Below are positions 38,147 through 52,547 of a stretch of DNA of 64,000 nucleotides, one piece after another (position 1 is the first letter of the stretch; the number at the start of each line of letters is the position of its first letter). This DNA is from Octopus bimaculoides (taxonomy: Eukaryota): positions 2,428,597-2,492,596 of the forward strand of contig NC_069010.1 of the NCBI RefSeq assembly GCF_001194135.2, given 5' to 3'. Under the pieces are notes generated by a model, which did not search any database, was not told the DNA's origin, and saw nothing but the letters and a program-made list of their open reading frames with translations. A program made the translations under genes and the position numbers.

Positions 38147-39958
38147 CCTTTTACTGAAGCTAGATGTAAGATATTGTTATTTGAACCTTGATTGTTTGGT
38201 AACAATAGTACCTGGTGACAGGATTTTGGTTGAGAAAGTTAGGGTCTTGGGATTTGTGAAGTTTAATTTTTGGTTTTTGATACACCTTCCCTTGTTAACT
38301 TTGTAGAATCTGTAGGGACTGATCCTCAATGTATGGCACAAAATGATCTACTGGGGGCCAGTATTTAACATATTAGATGTAATGATCTACTGAAAGTTGT
38401 GCTCAATATATTGCTCAAGTCCACATGGCTCAGTGCTCAACATAGGGTTCATAATGAGGTCTATGGATCATTATGGCTCGTTATGATCCACTACTCAACA
38501 CATGGCCTCCCTGGGAAGTTTGTCCCTTGATCCTTTCAGTTGCACTTCTCTGTTACATGTAGCCCCGGGTCGATAAATTAAGTACCAGTTGTGTACTGGA
38601 GTCGATTTAATCGACTGACCCCTCCCCTTAAAATTTCAGGCCTTGTGCCTAGAATAGAAAAGAATATTATTGACAATGTTGATACAAGCAGTTTTATGGG
38701 GTCCGCATTGAAAACTATAACATTGAATTTTCTTAGTGGTTGAGATTGGATGTTGTTCTGTTGGATACCTTTCACAAGAACACAAGTGAAATGGTGTCAG
38801 GTGGGGAATGAAACCCAGTCAGAGCCTGGTTGAACAAGAATGTGCTTCCCTTAGAATTACTGAAGTATTTCTCATGGTAGCACCTCTGCTGAGTGCTTCT
38901 CCATTTACAAGCCAATGAGGGAGCCTCTGCGTGGGTGCTTGACTTGCTAGAAATAGTTGAAATATATCCCTCAAATCACACATAACTGGAAGAGGATATA
39001 TTAGATTATGACGTTCCTGATATACCCAGAAACAATAGTCATGACTGGAAAGCTTTTAATCATTCCATCAGGCTAAATTAGCTGTGTGGCTTCTGTAATT
39101 ACTTAATATATTTTAGATCTGGAAGGGATGTAAAGCTTTGAAGGGACACTTTGTATACACAGTGATTTAGGTTGGCTGTAACCTTAGAAATGGTCCTTCA
39201 ATGGGAAATGGGTACAAGAAGTGACCAGTGTGATCTTTAGAGGTAGATTTGTTAAGGGCAAACAAATTGTAACTAAATGGTATTGGTATTGAGGACAGTA
39301 TTGTTTCTGGTGGAGCCATAGTGGTTGTCTAACCTGAGGTCAGCTCTGACCCAGCAATTGTATCCCAGCCATGACCTCATCTTTTGAATTAAGACAGTAG
39401 GCTACATAATCCTGTGTAGTACATCAAAGAGAAATGTAGCTGCTATTTCTAGCTAATGGCTTCAGAAATAGTCCTTGTTATGTCCTCTGTTGTTTGGTTG
39501 GCAGTCAGCTGCTTTGTGGAATTGGCCTGATTCTAGTGAATGCCATTGAAACGGAAGTTGTGATGTTACCCTAGAGAAACTCAGCCAAGCTTAGGAGATA
39601 TTGGTTTTTATAGTTGGGTTTGAAAATTGAAAAGATTTTTTGCTCTAGACCTTTCACGACTGTATCTAATGAAATATGCTTGTTTTATGTTGCAATAAAT
39701 TTAGAAAATAGAAAATTTAAAGGGTTAGTAAAGTGACTGTTTTTTTTCATTATGAAGTTGGAGTGTGGAAAATACAGGTACTGTAAATTCCTCCATTAAG
39801 TTATAACACAAGGTTCTAAATAATGTATAAACATTTTAAGATAGACATTTTTGTATCATAGAAGCAGTGGTGATTTTGGATGGGCTGGTATCAAAAGAGT
39901 TGCAAAATATAAGCATAATAACAATTTAACAAAATTGAAGGTTTGGGGCTTGCAAAGG

Positions 39959-39995
<37 letters not shown>

Positions 39996-40879
39996 GTAAA
40001 GGGTCAGTTACTGGCATTGATGGTTTTTCACACTTTACAATCTCACTTTGACAGACTACAATACTATTGAGGCCAAGCAATTGAGGTTCAACTAATGGTT
40101 TAGCACAGGTTGGTCATTATATGTATAGTAGAGGCGTGTGTGTGTGTTTATATGGTATAGTTATGGCGATGGATATAGTGTAGAAGTTTGTGTATGTAAG
40201 TAGTGTTAAGTTAGATGCGTATCATGTGTTTGTGTTTTTGGTAGACTACACTAACATAAAGATATAGACAGGCTAGGAAAGGAGGGGGTGTAATTTGCAT
40301 ATGGACGTGGTATACTGAGCAGAGAAAAATAGGTGTTTAACATTCTGCATGCACTGAATATTACCGTTAAAAGACAATGGTTATTACTGTTGCACCCTGT
40401 GTATCTGCTTTCTTGGTTTTGCATGATCTTTAGATCTTAAGAAGATAATCCTACTTTGGCGATGTTAATGTGTGAGTGTATGTCTGTGCATACACATGGG
40501 TGTATGTTTGTGCATGTATGTGTATATGCATGTATTTTCTCTAAGGTAGTAGATGCTAACAAGGGCATCTAACTGCAGAAGCTAAGCCATAAATGAAATG
40601 CGAGATGTGATCCCCCCGATGCATTTAGAATAGCCCCAAATACATGCTATTCTTATTAAAGCAATTTGCTTAACCCATGCTGGCATAGAAAGCAGACATA
40701 AAACAATTGTGTGTGTGTTATTTTTATGTATGCATTTGTTTGCATTTTTATATATATGTATATAAATATATGTATTTATGTATAGCGGGGTGGTGAGTGT
40801 CTGCTCATACATGCAAACCTGGTGAAGTGTGCATTAAAATGGTGATACTGATGGCGGCGGGTGGAATGTATAATATACC

Positions 40880-41310
40880 TACATTTCAGTCTCTTGTTCC
40901 GTGTGCTTCTACTCAGCCTCAGTCTGCTACCTTCACTAATTTAATTTTCTCCCTCTCTTGCACACTGGCTCTTTCCCTTTGTATTATGCGATCTAATAAC
41001 AGTAGAATTGTGTCCACATTCACCTACATTCCTCTCTTTTATTACAATCCCTGTATAATGGGGAACTGCATCAACTCTTTTTATCTAGTATACCTCATTA
41101 TTAATATCCAGCATTATCTTACCAGTTAAACGCCACTCTCAGCACTCTTCCGTTTACTGGTGTTTTATCTTCTTCTGGTCATGTATTAACAATCGTCACT
41201 TTCTTGTATCACAGACCAACTCCTTCCCCCCTGCTATTACTCTCTTTGTTCCATTTCTCCTTCCAATACTGTCTCCTTCAATATTACCTTCTCTCCCTAC
41301 CTCTCTCCAA
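40880..41310 (+). mobile_element. Possible Penelope-like RT remnant
   Basis: LPFTGVL...LYHRPT resembles the PLE thumb motif (LPFLDV...YRKPT); heavily decayed. Confidence 0.35.
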
Positions 41311-41324
41311 TCACTCTAAAGTGG

Positions 41325-41592
41325 TTGGCCATCCAGTCCACACTGTAAAGTGGTTGACGTTTGGAAGGGCATCTGGCTGTAAAAACCTTGCCAAAACTGA
41401 TTTCGCTTGTGCTTGTGTCGCATAAAAAGCACTCAGTCCACTCTGCTGGGTGACTGGTGTTCAGAAGGGCATCCAGCTGTAAAAATCCTGTCAAAACAGT
41501 TACAGAACTCTGGTGCAGCCTTCTGCCTGGCTGGCTCCTGCCAGGCTGTCTCACCCATGCCAGCTTGGAAGGCGGATGTTAAATGATCATGA
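41325..41592 (+). mobile_element. Family B, diverged copy
   Basis: AAGGGCATC blocks and GATGTTAAATGATCATGAT end. Confidence 0.7.
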
Positions 41593-41842
41593 TACTGTTT
41601 CTTCACTTCTCTCTCTATTCAACCTCTTCCAATGAATGGAGTAGGCATGGAGAACTCAGGATATTTTAGTCTTGCAAGGTACCAGCAACCTCACTAATAT
41701 TAGTGCCTTAAAATTCACCTGGTTCAGTCAGTAAAGTAGTTAGTGAATAGGCACAGACAGTGTGGGGTTGGAGGACCTTTAATGTTGATTCTGTCCAACT
41801 CATGTCAGTATGGAAAAAAGGATATAAAAGGGGGATGATGGA

Positions 41843-41878
<36 letters not shown>

Positions 41879-43644
41879 TGAAATAGCAGTGTTATTCCTT
41901 GCTTTAGTTGTCTTGGCTTCACTCTTTTAGTTCAAATCCAACTGAAATCAATTTTGCATAGAGCAAATTGGATTGGTGGAGGTGTAAGAGCATCGGACAA
42001 GATGCCTTACAATATCTGTTGTAGATTTTTTGCATTCTGAGTTCAGAACAAGATAGCTAACTTCGGTGTGTCTGTATACGCCAAGAGAAGTTCTGTTGGG
42101 TAAAGGTATAGTGAAGATGAGTAGCAACAAAGGCTGGGGACAACCAGATGTGAGACAGTATGAAGATAACAAAGTCTATGAAAACATTTGTAAAACAAAA
42201 AATAGCAAAAATTATGTAGGACAGGATTGATTTTACAAAAAGAAAAACATGTGCAAGTTATTTAGGTGTGTTGCCTGAAACAAACAGTACATGAGATAAA
42301 GTATATTAAATGGATTGTGAAAGTCTTTTGACTGAAGTAAAACAAGACAAACTAGGGACAGTGTGCATAAAAGTAATGCTGAGAGAGGAATAAATGTCCA
42401 ATAGTTAGCTCATGAATGATGCAAAATGGAGAGAGAGAGATAGTGAAGAACAGTGATTTTAAGTGTGGGTAAGTTAAAAAAAAAATGGAGCATGTGTGAA
42501 CTGTTGGATTATGGAATATCAGAAAGGCACAAGAAAAGAGAACGAGAGATTGTGTGTGTGTGTGTGTACGTACGTACATGTTAAATGGCCTAAAAGTTTA
42601 TAGTCCCTGTAATAATAATGCAATACTTGTAATCTGCTATATATATTCTGGGTAAGTAATAATGCTGGTTTTTGTGGAGTAGGTATATTGCAAGGTAATG
42701 TTATAGAAGTGTGTTGAATATGTAACAGAACAATTAAGATAAGATTAGAATAGTTGTAAATAAAGCCACATCACCTATTATCTCTGCTTATCCCCAACAG
42801 TTGGGACTTAGCCCTGAGCAAAAAGACTGTTCTTATGAGGCCTTATTGCAAATCACTTTAACAAGTGACTGATGCAATCATTTGATTGGTGACTTAAGTG
42901 GACATATTGACATGATGGCTCCCCTGGTGTATGTATATAGTGACTATGGTTATAGTTCCAGGAATAGGGAGGAATCAGGGCTTCTGAAGTTTTGTGGTGT
43001 GAACAAACTGAAAATCTATATGAACTTCAGGAAACCAACAAGTCACTTGCTCGCCATCCAATCGAGCAAACATGCAAGCTACTTAGATTTCATTCTCACC
43101 GAATGTTTGTAAATACTAAAGCTATCTTTGAAGAATGTTCCATAAAGCATAGATTAGTGACTTGAGAATTCAAGCTTGATAAAACTGAGACAAAAATCTT
43201 TCAGGAGTTGGAGTTCTTGGGATACAAAGTATCCTTCTTTTTAAATTTTTAAGTATATATTCAGAACTATTTCTAGATGTTGCGTACAATGAAGAAGAAT
43301 AAGAGATAGAAAAACATAATGAAAAAAAACTGGGGTATTTTTGTGACAATCTATTGAAAGTTGGAGACTAGTCTTGTAACTGGAGCAAGGACCAGCCAGC
43401 CAGCCACAAGGTAATGATGGTGGAGTAGCACTGTGGTTATAATAATGATAAAAGCTAAAATACAGTTATGGAAAAATTGGATAAGAGAGAAGCTAGGTAA
43501 TAAGTGTGTATAACTCGGAGAGAGGTAGAAAGCATGAGCTTTGCCAGTGTTCAGCAATGAGAAGATCAGAAGTGTGATGAGTTTTGGATTGTGAAGCTGT
43601 ATGTCAGTAAATTGAGGCTTTGTTGGGGAAAAGTTTGGAGGAAG

Positions 43645-43996
43645 TAGGCTGTGTGGTAAGTAGCTTGCTTACCAACCACATGGTTCCAGGTTCAGTCTCA
43701 CTGCGTGGCACCTTGGGCAAGTCTCTTCTACTATAGCCTCGGGCCGATCAAAGCCTTGTGAGTGGATTTGGTAGACGGAAACTAAAAGAAGCCCGTCGTA
43801 TATATATATATATNNNNNNNNNNGCTTGACAACTGATGCTAGTGTGTTTATGTCCCCGTAACTTAGCGGTTTGGCAAAAGGGACCGATAGAATAAGTGCT
43901 AGGCTTCCAAAGAATAAGTCCCGGGGTCGATTTACTCAACTAAAGGCGGTGCTCCAGCATGGCCCGCAGTCAAATGACTGAAACAAGTAAAAGCGT
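43645..43996 (+). mobile_element. SINE family A, nested in RTE remnant
   Basis: Near-complete match to the family. Confidence 0.9.
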
Positions 43997-44361
43997 AGAG
44001 TAACACAACACACAGACATACTCATTAACAAATAAGTAAAAAGAGGCTTGGAAATGTTGTCACAGAAGGCTGAGTGTGGAAAATTTGTGGGTGGAACACG
44101 TACAGCTATTTGAAGTGGACAGTTATATGGTCAAAATGACCTTTAGATTTGAAGAGAAGAAAAGTGGCAGCAGGTCCATCTGGCAAAGCAAGTCTGAAGC
44201 TAGTCGCCTGCATATTTGACTATCCAATGACACTTAATGGCTGCTACAAAGGCAAAGGAGATATTTTGTAAAGAAGTAATTAGAGAGGTGTCAGATTCAA
44301 GGGTCAGGTTATGAAAGCAACGGAAAGAGTATGAGCACAATTGATTGAGAGGAGAATTAGC

Positions 44362-44860
44362 TTGACCTCGCTTGCGAAGACCTATTGAGGCAAGTGAAAT
44401 CGAAACCGAACTAAATTCGACGACTGGCACCCATTGCCAATGTCATCTCCTTCATTGGACACGAAACTCAGCTTGCGAAGATTTATTGGGGCAAGTGAAA
44501 GCGAAATCGGGATGGCACCTGTGCCCAGCGTCGCCTTTCTGGCACTCGTGCCTGTGGCATGTGTACGGACCTTCGAGTGAGTTCGTTGCCAGTGCCCCTG
44601 GACTGGCTCTTGTGCGGGTGGCACATAAAATACACCATTTTGAGCGTGGCCATTGCCAGTACCGCCTGACTGGCCTTTGTGCCGGTGACACGTAAAAGCA
44701 CCCACTACACTCTCTGAGTGGTTGGCGTTAGGAAGGGCATCGAGCTGTAGAAACTCTGCCAAATCAGATTGGAGCCTGGTGTTGCCATCTGGTTTCACCA
44801 GTCCTCAGTCAAATCGTCCAACCCATGCTAGCATGGAAAGCGGACGTTAAACGATGATTA
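44362..44860 (+). mobile_element. Family B, long young copy nested in RTE
   Basis: Intact with CpGs retained. Confidence 0.9.
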
Positions 44861-46779
44861 TGAGATATGGTTGGGATTTGTGAGAAGTTGGACTATATCT
44901 GATGGTGTCTTTGTGGGGCAACTGTAAGAAATGTTTAGCTAAGTGTAGCTTCTCTGCTTTCCATTTGTTAATCTGGAAATTGCAGCACCCTTTGACAGTG
45001 TACCACAATTTGTGGAGTGGTGATCTTTAAGAAAACTAGGTGTAGCTGGATGACTTGTAAGGGTAGTATGAGCCATGTACAAAGATACAGTCAGTAGAGT
45101 GAGAGTGGCAACACATTCAGCCACGAATTAGCATTCAGGTAAATATTCGCCAAGGTTTGGTTCTCAAGTTATAATAGGAATTTTCGCATGTGGAGGTAAA
45201 ATGTTGAATCAAGAAATTTCAGGATATACTCGAAGAGCAAAGTCTTAGTGAATAGTAAAAAGCAAGACTCTTTTTCTGTCAGGAATATGGTTGCACTTTG
45301 ATAAATGGTACTCCTTATGGCATTACATGATGTGAACTGTGAGTGCATAAAAACGTGTAGATTTTATATTTGGTAGATGTACAGGAGCAAATAACACTGG
45401 TAAAATAACTTCTGAATGCTTGGAAGGTTGTATAAAAGCAATTAGTAGCTTGTTATGTAGGTGACCTAAACATTTGTAGTGAAGTGCTCTGAAAGCATGG
45501 TAGCCACTTCTGTTGGCAACAAGGGCAATGTCTGCCCGAACAAAGAGTACATTGTACATTGCTTGTGTACAAAGTGCAATGCTGCATAGTAGTGAGATGT
45601 GGGCAGTGAAGACATGACGATGTGAAAAGGATGTAATGTTAGTAGGCATGAACAGTATGTTACAGATGAGCTGAGAGATAAATTTCAATATAAGTGGTAT
45701 CAGATGTGCAAGATATAAGTCTGCTTTGCTACAGACGAGCCTGACGATGGTAACAGATTGGCTAAAGAAGTGCCAGGAGATCCATATAAAAAGTAAAATG
45801 TGGCACATGACACTGAAGAAGGCATGTGGCAGAATTGGAGAAAGCTGATATTGAACATGAAAAAGAATAGAAGAGAGCAACAAATGGACAGAGATTATTT
45901 GGAAAGAACCCACCCAATCCATGAAAGCAAGAAAAAGTGAACTCGGAGAGGATAAAAATGATGTATGTTTGTGTCCTTACGTTCTCTTGTTTTATGTTGA
46001 TTTTTCTAGGATAGTATGGTTTAGATGGATACATATTATCAAGGCTTTACGTTAAAGCCAGATGTTCTTTTGTCCAGCCTATTTTTTAAGTAAGGGTGTT
46101 TACATTACACCTCTCTTCAAAAGTGCAAAAACACCTGATAATTTCTTGACAGGAAAATGTCAGTAACTGTATCTATATACATATATATTCCTATGTACAC
46201 AATGAATTTTGTACAATTTCCATCAACTAAAATCACTCGAGAAGCATTGATTAGAAGATACTTAAGGTTTCAGGCTCAGAGCCTGAAACCAAAAGTCTAT
46301 GGATACAGAGTGAATTTGTTAGCAACACAGCCTTATCTGAATCTTTGTTGTATATGTGTGTGTGTGTGTAGATGTGTGTGTATATATACCTGTATATATG
46401 AATATATATGCATATAGGTGAGTATGATTTGGTGGTAGGTACCATGTTTCTGCTAATTGCTTTAGGCATCCATGTAGTCATGAGCAGACCATAGGCACAT
46501 ACACTCTTGACCTTTCCACTTTTGATCCAGTGAAACATTGAAGATGAGACAGCTGAAGGGACACAGCACTTGGCTGGTACTCAATGTCAGTTGAGTTCAC
46601 TGGAGTAACACGAAATGTGGTGTCTTGTAAAAAACGAAATGCACCTTCACATATATGTGAAGGCACTTGCATGTGTATGTATGTAAATATATACATGTGT
46701 ATTTTTATATGTATATGTGTATTTCTGTATTTATATTTTTATGTGTATGAGTGTATAATATTTTATTCTTTTACTTCAG

Positions 46780-47118
46780 TCATTTGACTGTGGCCATGTT
46801 GGAGCACCACCTTGAAGGGTCGAACAAATCAATCCCAGGGCTTATTTCTCAAGCCTAGTACTTATTCTATTGGTTTCTTTGCCAAACTGCTAAGTTATGG
46901 GCACATAAACACACCAAACACTGGTTGTCAAATGATGATTGACACACATATGATGGGCTTCTTTCAGTTTCTCTCTACCAAATCCACTCCCAAGGCTTTG
47001 GTTGGCCTGAGGCTATAGTAGAAGACACTTGCCCAAGGTGCCATGCAATAGGACTGAACCCGGAACCATGTGGTTGGGAAGCAAGCTTCTTACCACACAG
47101 CCATGCCTGTGCCTGTAT
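46780..47118 (-). mobile_element. SINE family A, reverse copy
   Basis: Reverse complement of head and tail. Confidence 0.85.
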
Positions 47119-48725
47119 ATGAGGAAATGTGAATAAACAGTTAATCCATAATCGTTAGTTTGTCAAAAGATATTTTGTTGGATTAATGATTATAGATTAA
47201 ATGTTTATTCACTGTCAAACTTTTCTTTGAGTTCTTTATTCTAAGTAGCAGGACTTAGTTTTGAACCTGTTATCCTGCAGGAATATGTGTAAATTGTGTG
47301 TGTGTGTATCTATCTATGTGTATATGCATAAAATGGGTGTGTTTGTGTGCATGTTTGCTTAGGTGTATGTATGTCCTCATTCTATGTCCACTTTCCATGC
47401 TGGTATGGGTTGGTGTATTTACTTCTAATGTCCTAAATTTCCCTTGGTTTCTATGGTTGGGTGTCTTCCTAACACCAACCACCTTTTGAGTGTACTGGGT
47501 AACTTTTCTAATTTGCAAATCTAGAGAATCTCTTTTACTGAGAGGAAGACCCAAAGAGGTGGTGGTGAATTGAGGCAAGGTATTGAAAGTAAATATTGAG
47601 AAAATAGGTCCACGTGTATGGATTCATATTTGGATATGCATGTTGATGTCTATATGGATGTGTAAGTGTGTATATGCAGAGATGCATGTCTGTGTGTGTG
47701 TAGATGTGTATATAAGTTATGTATATATGTCTTGTGACAGGTGTATGTGTTTATATGTATATGCTTATAGATAAGTATATATGCCTATGTATGTGTTTGT
47801 ATATATTTTTATGTATTAGCATATTGGTATAATTGTGGGTGGGCATGTATGTAGTCAGTTTTCATTTGATATTGTTATTTTCTTAAAAGCAAACCAATTT
47901 TACAACTTAGTGATATACACACGTATTACTTTCATCCAGTGTATTCCCATAATATATTGTTACTTAGAAAAACATCAACAAAGTATTAGTTAAAGGCTGA
48001 AGGGACTTCTAAAATGAAACATTGAAATATATATGTCATTTGATATCCTCTCTAAATGAGCAGCAGAAAAAGAAATTGTTGCTAGAGAATGAAAAGTAAT
48101 GTGCTCTGCACATCTCAGGATGATCAAAGAGGGTGATTCTTCTGTAGAAGTATATTAATTTGTATCTTTTAATTACAACTCTGTGCTTTAAGGTTCTTTG
48201 TTTTAATTCATGTTTTAAGTATTATCATATCTGAAAAGTTACATCTCTATGAAGTAGGTGGTAGATATATAAAAATTGTGTCTTGGATGACATTTGTGAT
48301 TGAAAAAAAAGAACATTATCCATCATTATTTATCTTTTAATGAACTGAAAATGCAACAAATCAAAAAAAAAAATTCAGTTTGGGAGTCTCTATGCTGTGA
48401 ATATTTACAGTACTTGGTTTTGTGCTATTTCATATTTATATTATGAAATGATGTTGAGGACTGTGTGTGTGTGTGTGTGTATATATATATTCATTATAAA
48501 ACGTATGTATGTGTATATATGTTTGTGTTTATCCATGTGTATGTTATGTTTATGTATGTGCTTTTACATTTGGATATATATACAGATGTGTGTATGTACG
48601 TATTTTTAAATGTATCTACATAAAGACACTTTTATATACATCTGTATGTAAAAATATCTATATATGCCTATATATTTGTGTGTATAAGTAAACATGGATA
48701 TAGATGTGTAAATATGAGTGTGTAT

Positions 48726-49160
48726 ATATGCACCACCTCTCCTTGCCCTTAAAAAAGACAAGCACCTTGGATATCTAGTAAGATGCGCAGAACCCAGCCC
48801 CACACAACCAAGCACTTTTGAATGTGCTTGCTGTTGGTGCAATGTCTGTCCCTACATTAACAATACTACTACTCACTGGACCCAAGACACAGTATCATGT
48901 TATTCAGAATTTCTTTTGCTCAGTCATGTATGTTGCATCGTAGAAAAACTTTGCAATGCCCTTTACTTTGGGAAAACAGACTGACACCTTGATGATCATT
49001 TTCAGGAGCATACGTATACCAGGCCAACCTGCTACTAACACTACAGGCCATTCCATCGCTCACTTATCATTGTGTAACTTCGCTGCACATCATGAATCCT
49101 TATTCTCAAGGAACTGGAGGAACATTACATATTCAAGTTTGTCACCATGCCATTGACAGG
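48726..49160 (+). mobile_element. Penelope-like element GIY-YIG endonuclease remnant
   Basis: PPLLALKKDKHLGYLVR...CWCNVCPYI...CNALYFGKTD*HLDDHFQEH follows the PLE Cys motif plus YIGET..R..EH pattern. Confidence 0.75.
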
Positions 49161-49522
49161 TTTAAATGAACGTCTTTCCTTCTAGTCTTACACCTCGTTA
49201 AACCCTTTCTTATCCTTCAACTCTACTCTCCTCCCATATTTTCCCTTCACCTCATTCTAGACTTCTTGTTCCAATAATCTTTCCTTTTGCATTCTCACAC
49301 TGTTCTTCTTACCACTTCTCGTTCATGTGTGAAACTCACGTGGTCCTACATTCCTTATTAGTTGCAGCCATTCTTTTTTTTTTTAACTTGGAGTGTGTAA
49401 ATTTCTGCTGTCTCATTTATTTCTCTCCTTTCAAATTTTCCTTGAAGAAGGACTCTGTCCAAAACATTGGATTTTCCACTCATAGCAAGTTCATCTTGTG
49501 CTTTTTATTCATTTTACTACAT

Positions 49523-49566
<44 letters not shown>

Positions 49567-50655
49567 ATGTGTGTGTATGTATTTATATTTATATATATAT
49601 ATATATATATATAGATATATGTATATATGTATGTATGTATATATATATGTACATATTTATGTTTATATGTCCAAGTGTGTGTATATGCATGTGTTTATGT
49701 AGGTATAAATACATAAGTATCCATGTTTGCACGTATATATAAAGAGCACACCTACATTGCTTCTGATTGACTTTGCTTTTTATATTTATGAAAAGGAAAG
49801 TCAGTCAGAAGTAATGTAAGTGTCCTTTATATGCACATATAAAGTCTTTGAGATGAAATATTTCTTGAATCCTTTTTTCTTGTTTTTTTCTTTTGTGTTT
49901 TCTTGCGCAGACAAGTCAATCTTTGTCTCTGCTTGAAAATGGAGTTGTCACATTTTCTCATAGTTGGTTGTCTCTGACAAGTAATTGGAATCATGTTACA
50001 AGTGAAAATTATTAACCAAAATTAAGTTAAAGAATTTTGGCCTGAGAAATATTTTCATGCATAGTGTGTATATCTTTATGTATGCGTTTGTGTATGTGCA
50101 ACAGCAAAAATATCTAGAAAAATGTCCCCTCGTGAACTTTTGTAGTTTTTCATATGTTTTTGCAGTTGTGATTTCTCATGCAAAAGCAAGACACCACCCA
50201 GCCCTCTCTGCTCTGGAAGAGGTTTCTTAAAACATCTCAGTTCTTTCCCAAAAATCTGTGGAGAAGGCAACTATCATTGGCACAATGACTAAGCATTTTG
50301 GACAATTGTCAAGAATTCAGCCATCTGTAGCCAATTAATACCAGCTTACCTTAAAGAAGCCAGAGTTGTCAATACTTGAGAGAAACCATATCATCACCTT
50401 CAGCATTTAATGTCCATTTTTCCATGGGTTTGATGCGATTTATTGAGGCAAATTCTCTACAGCCCGATACACTCTTACATAGAAATATATATGACCAACT
50501 TCTTTCAGTTTCTGTTCACCAAACCCTTTTACAAGGCTGCAATTGGCCTGGGACTATAGTAGAAGACATTTGCCTGCACAGCGCAGTGGTACTAAATTCC
50601 AGACCACATGGTTTGGAAGCAAGCTATTTAACATGGCTATGCTTGTATCTATATC

Positions 50656-50723
<68 letters not shown>

Positions 50724-51132
50724 NNNNNNNNNNNNNNNNNNNNNNNNNNNNNNNNNNNNNNNNNNNNNNNNNNNNNNNNNNNNNNNNNNNNNNNNNNNNN
50801 NNNNNNNNNNNNNNNNNNNNNNNNNNNNNNNNNNNNNNNNNNNNNNNNNNNNNNNNNNNNNNNNNNNNNNNNNNNNNNNNNNNNNNNNNNNNNNNNNNNN
50901 NNNNNNNNNNNNNNNNNNNNNNNNNNNNNNNNNNNNNNNNNNNNNNNNNNNNNNNNNNNNNNNNNNNNNNNNNNNNNNNNNNNNNNNNNNNNNNNNNNNN
51001 NNNNNNNNNNNNNNNNNNNNNNNNNNNNNNNNNNNNNNNNNNNNNNNNNNNNNNNNNNNNNNNNNNNNNNNNNNNNNNNNNNNNNNNNNNNNNNNNNNNN
51101 NNNNNNNNNNNNNNNNNNNNNNNNNNNNNNNN

Positions 51133-51147
51133 GAAAGAAGCCCGTCG

Positions 51148-51184
<37 letters not shown>

Positions 51185-51380
51185 CTGTGTTTGTCCCCCT
51201 AGCATTACTTGACAACCGATGCTGGTGTGTTTATGTCCCTGTCACTTAGCGGTTTGGCAAAAGAGAGCGATAGAATAAGTACTAGGCTTCCAAAGAATAA
51301 GACCTGGGGTCGATTTGTTCGACTAAAGGCGGTGCTCCAGCATGGCCGCAGTCAAATGACTGAAACAAGTAAAAGAGTAA
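51133..51380 (+). mobile_element. SINE family A, 3' half after gap
   Basis: GAAAGAAGCCCGTCG through GAAACAAGTAAAAGAG. Confidence 0.85.
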
Positions 51381-52085
51381 ACTAAGTAAGGAATCATTCT
51401 AGAACTTACAATCCCTTGGGAAGAGTAAATCAACGAAGTTAATGACCGGAATCATGCAGTTAACTGGGGAAGAAGTGCTAGATCAGAGACAGGAAGGCAT
51501 TATGAGTCTATGGAGGTGGACTGGAACGAATTGGTTGAACATGATCATTCAGTCTGCATGTGAAATGGTTGAAGATACCACCCATGTGGTGGCTTTGGAT
51601 AAAGAGAGACTGATCTATGGAGTGATGGTGTTAGGATAAAAGTTTGGGATCTGTTGAACCTTTGCTGGGTGAGGGGGGGGGGGTCTCATGTTGAAAGACT
51701 TGAAACACCTAATGACCCCTTATGAGGTGTTACAGCTCATCCAGGAAATGAATCTTGCACATATGTGTATATGTATGTATATATGTTTGAGTATATACAT
51801 ATAATTGTGTATATGTTTGTATATATGTATATTATGTGTGTCTATATACACACATACATTGTTGCAATATAATATATATGTGCACAACACTTGTATTGTT
51901 TGTTTGTGTGGGTGTGTATACTTACACACGCACACATGTATCCACATATACACACACTGTGTGATATTGTGTGTTACATAGATAACTTGTGGGTACAATG
52001 GAGTTTGATGTGCACGCCTGTTCTGCCAGGATTTGTATGAATGCAAATATAGGTCATGCGTTTCTTTTTTCTCTCTTCTTCACAG

Positions 52086-52164
52086 AGACTATCAACATAT
52101 TGAATATTATGCTGCTGCTGCTGATTGTTGGCCCACAAACGTCGGGAGCTGCATGAAGCAGATG
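52086..52164 (+). other. Candidate frame-disrupting cassette exon in RBM39 intron 3
   Basis: Very strong acceptor (TTTCTTTTTTCTCTCTTCTTCACAG). 79 nt open in the phase-2 frame (RDYQHIEYYAAAADCWPTNVGSCMKQM). Weak donor ATG|GTATAG; in-frame TAG at 52168-52170 if read through. Confidence 0.4.
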
Positions 52165-52547
52165 GTATAGGATAAAGGATATAGGATAAAGAACCTAATT
52201 CTCACAATAACTATTGTTGTTATGTTCTTTTGTTTAGTGAGAATGTGCAAACACGCACACACACACATACAAATGTGAACAACATATTAGCAAATATCTA
52301 ATAGTATTTGTAATAGTTATGACTCCTGCTTCTTGAGATATTATTTTATTACTGAATTAGATAAAAATTAAAAAAAGAAACATTAGTTATAAGAATATAT
52401 AAATAATTGTTGAACTGAAATGGGGGTTTTTTTTTTTTTTTGGAAGTTTGAAGGATTTTAGATGGCTATTTCAGATGATCATGGTGGAACATCTTTTAAT
52501 GAGACACTGTATATAAGATGGTGTTTGGGATGTAGTAAACAAATATA

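Larger units (their letters stand above)
42860..45900 (+). mobile_element. Decayed RTE-clade LINE interrupted by younger insertions at 43645-43996 and 44362-44860
   Basis: APE endonuclease remnant in ORF 42882..43112 (GDLSGHID...YGYSSRNREESGLLKFC...NFRKPTSHL...YLDFIL); FGFV-like RT motif near 44870; C-terminal ACVQSAMLHSSEMWAV near 45560-45610. Boundaries approximate. Confidence 0.8.
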
